The position numbers were made by a program, and so were the translations under genes. From the IMG/VR virus record IMGVR_UViG_3300028591_000118, positions 1 through 64,000 of that record: DNA of 64,000 nucleotides. One strand, given 5' to 3'. The notes under the pieces are model-generated. The model saw only the letters and a list, made by a program, of their open reading frames with translations. It searched no databases and was not told where the DNA came from. The stretch is from a virus. Taxonomy: Duplodnaviria > Caudoviricetes. Shown piece after piece: positions 41,025 to 50,615 of the stretch (the stretch's first letter is position 1; each line of letters opens with the position of its first letter).

Positions 41025-41666
41025 ATGAAAAATATAATAATAATTAAATTTATGTTATTATTATTAGGTTTATTATTATGTTGTAATATAATTTTAATTT
41101 ACATTTATAATAATTTAACTGAAAAAGATAATAATAATATAGAAAAACCACAAATAATTCAAGTTACAGAATTAAATCCATCTATATCTAAATATGATGA
41201 TATTTATAAAGAACAATTAGAAATTATAAATCAAAAAAGAATTCAACAACAGAAAGAAATAAAAGAGGAAATAGAAGAAGAGGTTAGTTACAACGATGAT
41301 GATTTGAAGTATATGTCTTGTATTATCTATTGCGAGGCAGGAAATCAATCTATCGCGGGAAAACAGGCAGTTGGAATAGTAGTTGTAAACAGAGTTAATA
41401 ATAAAAAATTTAAAAATAGTATTAAAGAAGTAATACATGAGCCAGGTCAGTTTAGGGCGGAAGATGATGAGTTATTAAATAAGGCATTTAAAATGTATGA
41501 TAATAATGAAATTCCTCAAGAATGTATTGAAGCGGCTAAATATGCTTTGGATGGAAATACAGTTATTATTTATGAAGATCAAGAAATTGATATGAGTGAA
41601 TATTTATATTTTGCTAGATATTGGAAAGATGCAAAAATAACGATCCAAGATCATGATTTTAAATAA
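41025..41666 (+). CDS. SleB/Hydrolase_2-family cell wall hydrolase with N-terminal membrane anchor
   Basis: IYCEAGNQ...VVVNRV...VIHEPGQF, YLYF and HDF motifs. Confidence 0.85.
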   Translation: MKNIIIIKFMLLLLGLLLCCNIILIYIYNNLTEKDNNNIEKPQIIQVTELNPSISKYDDIYKEQLEIINQKRIQQQKEIKEEIEEEVSYNDDDLKYMSCIIYCEAGNQSIAGKQAVGIVVVNRVNNKKFKNSIKEVIHEPGQFRAEDDELLNKAFKMYDNNEIPQECIEAAKYALDGNTVIIYEDQEIDMSEYLYFARYWKDAKITIQDHDFK

Positions 41667-41744
41667 AAAATCTTTATTTGATTTTTATAAAAAAATTTGA
41701 TATAATATATATATAAGATAAAGGAAAAACATTATAAAAGAAAT

Positions 41745-41879
41745 AATGTGGTGGCGGAATAGGTAGACGCTATGCTTATAGATGCGTAAGTAAATAGTGC
41801 AGGTGATTGTGGTTTGAGTCCACATATGCATTGGATAAAGAACCTGCTTATTGTAAGGTGCGAATCCTTACCCACATTT
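41745..41879 (+). ncRNA. tRNA-like RNA 1 (class II scaffold, degenerate anticodon arm, very long variable arm)
   Basis: Acceptor AATGTGG/CCACATT, D-arm GGCGGAATAGGTAGACGC, T-arm GTAAGG-TGCGAAT-CCTTAC. Confidence 0.7.
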
Positions 41880-41995
41880 TATAGGAGAAATATGATGGGC
41901 TTTGATTTTAATCGCTCATATTCCTTTTCAACGAAACAAAACCGTGAGAGATTTTGGACGGAAGCGGTATCTATATCAATTCCGTATTTGTTTCA

Positions 41996-42093
41996 AGTAT
42001 GGTGGCGGAATAGGTAGACGCATCGAAATCATGATATGGAATACTATTACAAAAACAATGGTATATGTAAGGTGCGAATCCTTACCCATACTT
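41996..42093 (+). ncRNA. tRNA-like RNA 2 (same D and T arms, different middle)
   Basis: Acceptor AGTATGG/CCATACT; D and T arms identical to 41745. Confidence 0.7.
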
Positions 42094-42711
42094 TACCCGT
42101 GTTTGATGTTGGAGTTTTGGGGTTACAAAAACATACCAATAACCACCCTAGGGTTTATGAATAGGGCGTAAGGGAGCTGGCGGAGCATTGCTAATCTTCA
42201 CCCACCAACGAGAATGGCAAAAAGATTTCTTAGAAATGCCAGTAGGGTTTAAGCACTCCTGTTTCCCCTGTTGCTGTCACTGAGAAGCAACTTAATGAAA
42301 AGGAAGGGTAGTTTGCAAACGAGTGAATTTGATTGATGTTCACTTAAATTTAAAATATCAATAAGTCTTCTCCAGAAAATAGTCTGTGAGTTGACTAGGC
42401 GGAAGATGCGGCTAACGCAATAGTTCACAGTTCCTAGGACTTTGATTACTATGGGCGGTCTTGAGAGAGCAAGGTAGAGCATTCGCTGAAAACTCTCAAT
42501 TTATAAGAAGGACAACTTTAAACCCGCTAGAAGGAAAACTGTCGCGTTAATAAACCTATTGCATGGGCTGGGGTAGCAGAAATCAGTTTGCCAAAGGCAA
42601 ACTGACAGTAACTATGCTCATAGAGGTCCCACCACCTGTTATCAGTTAAAATCAAAAGACGGGGAACTCCAGTAGGTGTCCTACTGCCAGCAGAGGTTGG
42701 GCTCTGCATTT

Positions 42712-42784
42712 GGGGATATAGCTCAGTTGGTAGAGCGACTGGCTGTTAACCAGTTTGTCCTAGGTTCAAGTCCTAGTATCCCCG
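42712..42784 (+). tRNA. tRNA-Asn(GTT)
   Basis: Cloverleaf; ACTGG-CTGTTAA-CCAGT. Confidence 0.92.
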
Positions 42785-42897
42785 TTCCTTTTACTGCTGA
42801 GGGGAAATCAGCGGCGCAAAGCCTCGATAGCGATATATCAAGGCAAGGTAAAGAATTTTTATTTGATTTTCTTAAAAATTTTTGTTATAATATATAT

Positions 42898-43065
42898 ATG
42901 ATGAAAAAAGAAATAATAATATTTATTATTATTTTTATATTAAGTATTGTTTTTACACAAAAATTATTTAAAGAAACAGAATGGGAACATCCTATTTGCC
43001 CACAATGTCATTATAATGATTATATGACAGATTTTTGTCCTCATTGTGGGTATAAAATTGAATAA
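42898..43065 (+). CDS. Small membrane-anchored Zn-ribbon protein
   Basis: Hydrophobic N-terminus, CPQC...CPHC; own promoter. Confidence 0.45.
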   Translation: MMKKEIIIFIIIFILSIVFTQKLFKETEWEHPICPQCHYNDYMTDFCPHCGYKIE

Positions 43066-43183
43066 CTGCCTTCCCTAGTGAGGTTGTTATATATCGACCA
43101 ACAGAGTAGAGTGCAACTGTTCGAAGTCGTTAAAAGCAAACGAAACCTCCCTTCGGCTATCAGGGGTTTTTAGATAGCCATTT

Positions 43184-43255
43184 CGTCGGGTAGTCTAGTG
43201 GCTAGGACATCGCCCTTTCACGGCGGTAATGCCAGTTCAAATCTGGTCCCGATGA
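43184..43255 (+). tRNA. tRNA-Glu(TTC)
   Basis: Cloverleaf; TCGCC-CTTTCAC-GGCGG. Confidence 0.85.
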
Positions 43256-43500
43256 TTTCAAATTATATTATTGATGGTGACACGACTACCGCTATCGAAT
43301 AAAGTAATTCAACTAGCAAGACCTAGGAAATGAAGATTAACGATCTTATAGCGAGACGCATATCAATTCTATAATTTGACTTTTTAAAAAATTTATGATA
43401 TAATATTTATAGAAAGTTAAGAAATAAAAAAGAAATTAAAAAAAATTTCTTGACATTTTAAAAAAATTATGTTATAATATTTATAGAACATTGAAAATAA

Positions 43501-44144
43501 AATATTGTTAGTAAAATAGTGTATGTATGATACCTCGGTGCAGATGGTCTAATCAACTTGCCGAGATACTTACTAGGCGGCTGTAGGATAAGTCCTCCGA
43601 AAACAAAAGAAAGAGTAGAAAGGATACTTTTTACAAATTCAATTTTCTTGATTATGAATGATAGAAAGTGACTCAACAGAGTTCATTGTTGCGTAAGTAG
43701 TACAACATTATATGATGTTAGTATAGTCTGCTTATGGCTAACGAAATAGACGCTCCCCGCAAAGGAGAAAAATCCTGCACACTGTGGGCTGGTAACCCAT
43801 ATGTTACTGTAGGAAACACCAACCAAGTTAGTTTGTCGTGATACTACAGAAATGTAGAGTATAACATAAGCAGGAACTGCCAGTAGCTCAAGACAAAAAG
43901 AAGATTTTAAAGAAGAATAGGTCAAGTAAGTTATTTTACTGTTAAAATTGCTGAACGATGGGTGATGGCTGCGGGTACCAGTCCCGCATAGGTTTTGGCT
44001 CTTTCTTATGAAAGAGTGGCATGAGAAGCGTAGTCTAGCTAACTATTGCTCAGCCTTATGTCCCTATTAGTACGATAAACAGTAGTATAATGAAGTATGC
44101 TGAATAAAAGGCAATTATATATATGCTATTTTGCTAATAATATT
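43501..44144 (+). ncRNA. Large structured RNA, ROOL-like
   Basis: ~640 nt with no credible ORF; 31-bp terminal stem whose deviations are all G-U compatible; own SigA promoter (TTGACA at 43450); embedded among tRNAs. Confidence 0.65.
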
Positions 44145-44341
44145 TTATGCTCGTTGATTTAGCGAGTAGTCACAAAACTAAATCCTCGACTAGAGTGATG
44201 AGTCGGTTAAATGTGACATAGTGGAACATTACGTTTGCTAGTTGCGGAACACTAGCCCACTAAACAGGTGATAAAGTTGAGATTAAAAACACTGGCTAAT
44301 GATTCCCGAGCCATAGAGTTGACATCCACAGGGCATCATAA

Positions 44342-44415
44342 GGCGGATTCGTCTAGAGGTTTAGGATATCTGGTTCTCAGCCAGATGACGCGCGGTTCGA
44401 ATCCAGCATCCGTCA
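44342..44415 (+). tRNA. tRNA-Glu(CTC), irregular T-stem
   Basis: TCTGG-TTCTCAG-CCAGA; acceptor GGCGGAT/ATCCGTC. Confidence 0.75.
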
Positions 44416-44487
44416 TTTTTTACCTAGATTGTCTGATTACTACCTCTTTTCTTTGGTTTATAGCGTTCCAATAAAAAACGCTAATGA

Positions 44488-44563
44488 CGCAGAGTAGACT
44501 GGAGTTTGGTTCCAGCTCTGGCTCATAACCAGATCTACGCAGGTTCGAATCCTGCCTCTGCTA
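44488..44563 (+). tRNA. tRNA-Met(CAT), unpaired 1:72 position (initiator-like)
   Basis: TCTGG-CTCATAA-CCAGA; GGTTCGAATCC. Confidence 0.8.
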
Positions 44564-44688
44564 TTCATTTTGATAGTCCCTCTTAATCCTCTTCCCTTTC
44601 GAGCAATACTATGACGGGAGGGAAGAGCCCCCTAAAAATAATTAAAATTAAAATATATTAAAACAAAAGAAAGAAAGGAAGTAGTGAA

Positions 44689-44823
44689 ATGACGAAGGAA
44701 GATGTATTAAGAGCAAAGGAAGAGAGATTGCACAGATTAGAGAATTCTTCTAAGAACATTAAAAGTCAGGGAGTGAAAAAGAAATTGATTAGACAGATTC
44801 GTTCATTGGGCGGGAATGCTTAA
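44689..44823 (+). CDS. Small basic protein
   Basis: MTKEDVLRAKEERLHRLE...; RBS; terminator at 44851-44888. Confidence 0.5.
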   Translation: MTKEDVLRAKEERLHRLENSSKNIKSQGVKKKLIRQIRSLGGNA

Positions 44824-45008
44824 TTAATTTTAAATAAGTGATTATTTATTAAGGCTAAGATATTAATTAATATCTTAGCCTTTTTTTATTGCTCTTCTCT
44901 GGTCAGAAGTATGAAATAGAAATACATAAAAACTAAAATATAAAGATAAGATGAAATATATTTATAGTAATATTTTTACTATAATTACAATAAAAGGAGG
45001 TTAATATA

Positions 45009-45191
45009 ATGGCTGCTAACGTTTATAAAAATGGCGATACTACACAATCTGCGGTTGTAGAAATTGTAGCTGAAAGCGCATCAGATATTAACTCATTAGA
45101 TACCTCTTATGGTCCAGGAAGTACATGCTTAGTAACTGATGATTCTACAGTTTATATGCTTGGTCCTGATAAAGTTTGGCATGAATTATAA
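45009..45191 (+). CDS. Small virion-associated protein
   Basis: GGAGG RBS; first gene of the fibre cluster. Confidence 0.55.
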   Translation: MAANVYKNGDTTQSAVVEIVAESASDINSLDTSYGPGSTCLVTDDSTVYMLGPDKVWHEL

Positions 45192-45203
45192 GGAGGGGTA
45201 ATT

Positions 45204-46589
45204 ATGGGTTTATCTGCTGTAACATATGCCCTTAGTAAAAAATATACAGATGAAACCGCTATTCAATTTGGTGGTTTAAAAGGAGCTCCTTGTAAAGTTC
45301 AATCTGTTGTAAAAACTGATGGCAGATCAGTTGTTACTTTAGAATGGAAGAACGATGCGGGAGATACTAGAACATCTGAAGTATATGTAAATGATGGTGT
45401 TAGCACTTGGATTAGCGGAAGAAGCTATATAATAAATGATGTAGTTGTCAATGATGATAAATTATACATTTGTAAAGTAGCTAATTCAGATGTGACATTT
45501 GATGAAAATAAATGGGCATTAGTAAGTGGCGGTGTGGAAGGTGGAGATTTCCATGTTATTGATACTTTAGCACAACGCCCTAGTGATTTAACTGCGTCAG
45601 ATAGAAAAATGTATTACTGTATTGCAGACAGTAATTATTATGTTTGGGATGGTACTCAATGGAGTATCGCTAACGCAGGAATTAAAATTAGAGAATTAAC
45701 AAAAGAACAATATGAAGCACTTACCCCCGCAGAACAGATGGATGGCACAATCTATTTTGTTACAGACGAGGCGGGAGGCGGTGGAGGTTCTGCAGAATTA
45801 ACTGATGATTTAACAGTTGTTAAAGCAGTTGGTGGTATTGCTGTGGGAACTCAATATGCAGCAGGAACTTCTTTAGAGGACATTTTACGAGAAATGTTAT
45901 CTCCTGTATTATATCCTACATTTACGAATCCTAGTGCAACAATTTTCGCAACTGGTGCTAAATTACTTGAAACAGGTTCTAGTCTTAATACTACAATGAC
46001 TATTACATTTAATAGAGGAACTATCAGTCCCGCATATGGCACAAGCGGAAAGCGTGCCGGTGCTGCAACTGGATATTCTCTTAATGGAGGTACTACTCAA
46101 GCAGGCAACACATTTAGTGTTACAGTTACTTCTGCACAATTAACATATAGAGGAACAGTTGATTATGCGGCAGGTGAACAGCCTAAAGATAGTATAGGGC
46201 GAGATTATTCTACACCCCTTCCCGCAGGTAGTGTAAATTCTAATAGTATTACATATGAATTTGTAGATGCTATGTATGCAAATACATCTTCTGCAGGAAC
46301 TATGACTAAACAAGCTCTTATTAGTAAAAGTACTGGAACAAAACAGTTTGACCTTCCCGCAACAACAGCCACAGATCCTGAACAGATTGATGTCCCTGGA
46401 TCATGGACAGTTTCAAAGATTGAAGTTTTAAATACTTTATCTGGTAAATGGGAAGATGCGACAAGTCAATTTACAAAGACTACTACAACGCATGATGATG
46501 CGGCAGGTGTAGTAGTTAGTTATAATAGATACACGTGTAACTTAGGTATGGCTCTTGGCGCTCGTAGCGTTAGAGTACTTTGGAGTTAA
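45204..46589 (+). CDS. Fibre/adhesin-like structural protein
   Basis: T/G/S-rich beta sequence; C-terminal ~260 aa paralogous to the C-terminus of 46603. Confidence 0.65.
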   Translation: MGLSAVTYALSKKYTDETAIQFGGLKGAPCKVQSVVKTDGRSVVTLEWKNDAGDTRTSEVYVNDGVSTWISGRSYIINDVVVNDDKLYICKVANSDVTFDENKWALVSGGVEGGDFHVIDTLAQRPSDLTASDRKMYYCIADSNYYVWDGTQWSIANAGIKIRELTKEQYEALTPAEQMDGTIYFVTDEAGGGGGSAELTDDLTVVKAVGGIAVGTQYAAGTSLEDILREMLSPVLYPTFTNPSATIFATGAKLLETGSSLNTTMTITFNRGTISPAYGTSGKRAGAATGYSLNGGTTQAGNTFSVTVTSAQLTYRGTVDYAAGEQPKDSIGRDYSTPLPAGSVNSNSITYEFVDAMYANTSSAGTMTKQALISKSTGTKQFDLPATTATDPEQIDVPGSWTVSKIEVLNTLSGKWEDATSQFTKTTTTHDDAAGVVVSYNRYTCNLGMALGARSVRVLWS

Positions 46590-46602
46590 GGAGGATTAAA
46601 AA

Positions 46603-48543
46603 ATGGCAAGACAAACTGGTGCTAATAATTTTGCCGGAACTCTTGAGCCTTTGGCAGGCGGTCCTCTTGATGCGAGAGTGATAGTGCCTACTAAAGCCGA
46701 TTTAACTTTGAGCAGTAATTTTCCGTACCCCTATATCGGTATGATTGTTTCTGTTCAAGCAGAAGGTAAAGCATATATATTAACTGCGGCAGATTTTACT
46801 GTTGCAGATAATTGGAAAGAACTTGGAAGCGGCGGCGAGGGATCCGATAATGTAGTAGAAGGTTACTTCAATCCCGCAGATAATTTATTCTATGAAGAAG
46901 ATACATATACAACTCCTATTAGTGGAGAAACTAATGTTATTTATGTATCTCTTGATATTAATAAATCTTATAGATACGATAGATTAAATACAATATTTGT
47001 AAGATTAGATAAAGATTTTGAAAACCCTCAGCAAGATAGTTTACCAGCAGCAAGTGTTGATGAACTTGGTAATATTTATCAATATACAGGCACAACTACT
47101 GTTGATTATACAAATGGATATTTTTATGTTTGTGTAGAAGATAGTAATAACCCAGGAACTTACATTTGGGTTCAAAAAAATGTGCAACCTGATCAAGATA
47201 CTGTCATTCAATATACAACAATGCCTGCGGCGACCCTTGCTTTGAATGGGAATGTGGTTCAGTTTATTGGTGCTACAACTGCAGACTATATTCATGGTTT
47301 CTTCTATGAGTGTAAAGAAGATGCAGATAATCCTGGTACTTATATTTGGGATCAAGTCGATACTCAACCAGATGAAGACACAACGATCCAGGTTGAGGTT
47401 ATACCGACCGCCGCAGCCTCAATAGAAGGTAAAGTGGTTCAGTATGTTGGAACTACTGATGTAAATTATACTAATGGATATTTCTATGAATGTATAAAAG
47501 ATCCTGATAACGCGGGAGTTTATATTTGGGTTCAAAAGAATACTCAGCCTGATGCAGATACAAAGATTCAAGTTGAATCAATGCCTACCGCAACTTCAAC
47601 AATAGAAGGAGAGATAGTACAGTATATTGGTACTACAACCGCGGATTATATTAACGCATATTTCTATAAATGTGTTGAAGATAGTGAGAACCCTGGCACA
47701 TATAAATGGGAAGCAGTTAGTGTTCAGGCGGGAGGTAGTGGATCCGGTTCTCTTCAGAAAGCAATTACTGCTTCTATTGATGTAGGTGGAATTAAAATAG
47801 GTGATGCATATGCGGTAGGTACTAACTACGATGATATGTGGCAAGATTTACTTGATCCTATTAAATATCCTACACTTACAGCTCCTTCAGCAAGTATTGC
47901 GGGAGGTACTACATTACTTGAGACTGGTTCTAGTGTAAGCAAAACTATTACAGTTACATTTAATAGAGGTTCTATTAATCCTGCTTATGGAACTAGTGGA
48001 TATAGATCTGGTGCAGCTACTGATTATAGTTTGAATAATGGAACTGCACAAGCTGGAAATACATTCACTGAAATAGTTAGTGAAAGTAATAAGACATTCA
48101 AAGCTAAAGTTAATTATGCAGCTGGTGAACAACCTAAGGATAGTAAGGGCAATAATTACAATACCCCGCTTCCCGCAGGCTATGTAGAAACAAGCACATT
48201 AACTTATAAGTTTGATAATCCTATATGGGCAAATACATCATCTATCTCTACTGTTGCTAAGTTAAGTCTTTTAGACCATACTTCAACAAAACAGAAAGAT
48301 ATGAACTTCCCTGCTCAAACAATCACTAATCCTGAGATATTTGATATCCCGGCTAGTTGGACTGTTACAGCAGTACAAGTTAAGAATGATTTGTCTGGTC
48401 AATATGAAGATTGCTCAAGTGAGTTTACAGTTTCAAATACAACCCATAATGATGCGGGAGGTACTAGTGTGGCTTACAAGAGATACACAGATAACCGTGG
48501 ATATAATGCGGGAGCCCGCACAATCCGCGTAAAATGGAGTTAA
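46603..48543 (+). CDS. Fibre/adhesin-like protein with four tandem ~59-aa repeats
   Basis: Repeats of P.A....G..(V/Y)Q(Y/F).G.T..(D/N)Y...(Y/F)FY.C..D..N.G.Y.W. Confidence 0.7.
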   Translation: MARQTGANNFAGTLEPLAGGPLDARVIVPTKADLTLSSNFPYPYIGMIVSVQAEGKAYILTAADFTVADNWKELGSGGEGSDNVVEGYFNPADNLFYEEDTYTTPISGETNVIYVSLDINKSYRYDRLNTIFVRLDKDFENPQQDSLPAASVDELGNIYQYTGTTTVDYTNGYFYVCVEDSNNPGTYIWVQKNVQPDQDTVIQYTTMPAATLALNGNVVQFIGATTADYIHGFFYECKEDADNPGTYIWDQVDTQPDEDTTIQVEVIPTAAASIEGKVVQYVGTTDVNYTNGYFYECIKDPDNAGVYIWVQKNTQPDADTKIQVESMPTATSTIEGEIVQYIGTTTADYINAYFYKCVEDSENPGTYKWEAVSVQAGGSGSGSLQKAITASIDVGGIKIGDAYAVGTNYDDMWQDLLDPIKYPTLTAPSASIAGGTTLLETGSSVSKTITVTFNRGSINPAYGTSGYRSGAATDYSLNNGTAQAGNTFTEIVSESNKTFKAKVNYAAGEQPKDSKGNNYNTPLPAGYVETSTLTYKFDNPIWANTSSISTVAKLSLLDHTSTKQKDMNFPAQTITNPEIFDIPASWTVTAVQVKNDLSGQYEDCSSEFTVSNTTHNDAGGTSVAYKRYTDNRGYNAGARTIRVKWS

Positions 48544-48558
48544 GGGAGGAGAAAATAA

Positions 48559-49794
48559 ATGGCTGCAAGACAAAAAGGTTCATTTAGTCTCGGCGGTACG
48601 CTTGAAATATTAGCAGATGCTCCTGCCGACGCTAGATTATGTGTAAAAACAAAAAGTGAATTAACGGATGCAAATAGCTATCCATATAAATATGTAGGTA
48701 TGATAGTTTCTGTAGCGGATGAGGGTAAAGCATATATCCTCACCGCTGCTGATACCACTATTGCTTCTAACTGGAAAGAGTTAGGTGAAGGCGGCGGAGG
48801 TGGTGGCGGAACAGCTGGTTCTGTTTATACTGGTACTCTCCTTGCAAGCGGTTGGAACTCTACAACCAAACAGCAGACACTTACATTTACAAGTTATGAT
48901 GCTAGCTATCATGGAGTTATAGGTCTCCCCGCGGATGCAACTGCCGCACAGATGGAAGAATATAGAAATTGTTTAATAAGAACAGTATCACAATCTGGTG
49001 CTACTGTTACTTTTAAATGTGAAGAAATTCCTACTATAAATCTTCCTGTTGAAATATATTGCGGCGGCGGGTCTGGTTCTGCAGAATTCCCTAGTGGAGG
49101 AACCACAGGTCAGGCTCTTGTTAAGAAATCTAATGCTGATAATGATGTTGAATGGGGAACTATTAATAGCATTCCAGATGGCGGTACTGAAGGTCAAGTT
49201 CTTGCAAAACATTCTGCTACAGATAAAGATGTCGAATGGGTAGATCAAATAGACACTCAAAAAGAAATTAAAAATAATGGAACGGCAGTAACAGATAGAG
49301 ATACAATTAATTTTACTGATTTTGATATATCAGATGATTCAACAAATGAAGAAACTGATATTAAACCACACAAAATTACAAGTGGTGAATGGGCTGATAT
49401 TATATCTACATTACCGGGTACTCCAGTGCAAACAAGAATTTACTCTCCTGTTGAGCATGTAATTGGCGAATGGCACGAAGAAGTTGATGGAGTATTAAAA
49501 AAGAAACCTCTTTATGAAAAAACAATGACTACTACGATTTCAGCCGTACAAACAATATCTGCTATGACACCATCAAGCGATGCTTTTATTAAAAATTTTG
49601 ATGTAAAATGTTATTACAACGGAGAGATGACAGTTCCTAATGCTTTCTCTAACGATAATTGGGGAGTTACAGTATGGGTGGCTTCTAATAATAAAGATTT
49701 AGGATGTAGAGCTAATAAAGCCGAATATGTAGGGCAAAATGTTCGGGCTATTATTCAATATGTTAAGACAACAGATTCTTGGGAAACCGTATAA
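48559..49794 (+). CDS. Fibre-like protein
   Basis: N-terminus paralogous to 46603; PSGGTTGQALVK repeats; C-terminal W...KPLY.K...QY.K domain. Confidence 0.65.
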   Translation: MAARQKGSFSLGGTLEILADAPADARLCVKTKSELTDANSYPYKYVGMIVSVADEGKAYILTAADTTIASNWKELGEGGGGGGGTAGSVYTGTLLASGWNSTTKQQTLTFTSYDASYHGVIGLPADATAAQMEEYRNCLIRTVSQSGATVTFKCEEIPTINLPVEIYCGGGSGSAEFPSGGTTGQALVKKSNADNDVEWGTINSIPDGGTEGQVLAKHSATDKDVEWVDQIDTQKEIKNNGTAVTDRDTINFTDFDISDDSTNEETDIKPHKITSGEWADIISTLPGTPVQTRIYSPVEHVIGEWHEEVDGVLKKKPLYEKTMTTTISAVQTISAMTPSSDAFIKNFDVKCYYNGEMTVPNAFSNDNWGVTVWVASNNKDLGCRANKAEYVGQNVRAIIQYVKTTDSWETV

Positions 49795-49809
49795 GAAGGG
49801 AGGTAGTTT

Positions 49810-50598
49810 ATGAGTTTAACAAATGATCAAATTACCGCCCAAAATTTTAAAGACTTTTACGGTCAAATAAGACCTTACCTTAATGGCAATGTTCCTACAT
49901 TTGCAAACACTTTTAATAAATCCGATCTCTATTCTACCGATGAAACTCTCATCGGTAGATGGATTGACGGAAAACCGCTGTACCAAAAAGTAGTTACTAT
50001 TACAACCGCTTCTTCTGTCACAGGAGATTGGCAAAATGGTCTTGATTTATCTGCTTTAGATATTGAATATTTTACTGTTATAAATAGCACCACTCCTCAT
50101 AATGGAGATCCACTGTTGGTTGATACATATGTGCAGTATAAATATAATAAGACAACAAAATATTTTCAATATGCTTCAGAAAATCCCTGGATGAAAGATC
50201 ATGTAATTAAATGTATTATTCAATATACCAAAGTTAATGATACTCAAATGTCTATTACAGATGGTAATGAATATTCATTAGATGAACAAGTGGTTGGCAA
50301 GTGGATTGATAATAAACCAATATATCAAAAGACTGTGAGTTGCGGAACATTAGCAACTGGAATAAGTAATCTTCCTCACAATATTGCAAACATTGATACT
50401 GTAATTGATTTTGTTGGCGAAGCAAAGAGATCAGATGGATATCGCTTTGTATTTCCTATTCTTCATAGTGACGAAACATGGAATTGTTATATTCATGGAG
50501 TTAATGCAACAGACATTGTTTTTATTATTGGGACAAAGGCGACTGGAACATATGCGTTAACAGACACTTACGTGACTATTCGTTATACAAAAATTTAA
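49810..50598 (+). CDS. Fibre-tip/receptor-binding-like protein with two GxWID(G/N)KPxYQK domains
   Basis: Repeated domain; N-terminus shared with 50616. Confidence 0.6.
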   Translation: MSLTNDQITAQNFKDFYGQIRPYLNGNVPTFANTFNKSDLYSTDETLIGRWIDGKPLYQKVVTITTASSVTGDWQNGLDLSALDIEYFTVINSTTPHNGDPLLVDTYVQYKYNKTTKYFQYASENPWMKDHVIKCIIQYTKVNDTQMSITDGNEYSLDEQVVGKWIDNKPIYQKTVSCGTLATGISNLPHNIANIDTVIDFVGEAKRSDGYRFVFPILHSDETWNCYIHGVNATDIVFIIGTKATGTYALTDTYVTIRYTKI

Positions 50599-50615
50599 GA
50601 AAGGAGGCAATCTAA

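Noticed and set aside
41814-43925. ORF-track entries 41814, 41902, 42249, 42527, 42676 (5' part), 43467 and 43683
   Set aside because: No RBS, and they overlap tRNAs or structured RNAs; treated as spurious.
41745-44340. tmRNA or RNase P RNA in the RNA island
   Set aside because: No tag reading frame with matching tmRNA ends, and no GAGGAAAGTCC-type RNase P core seen.
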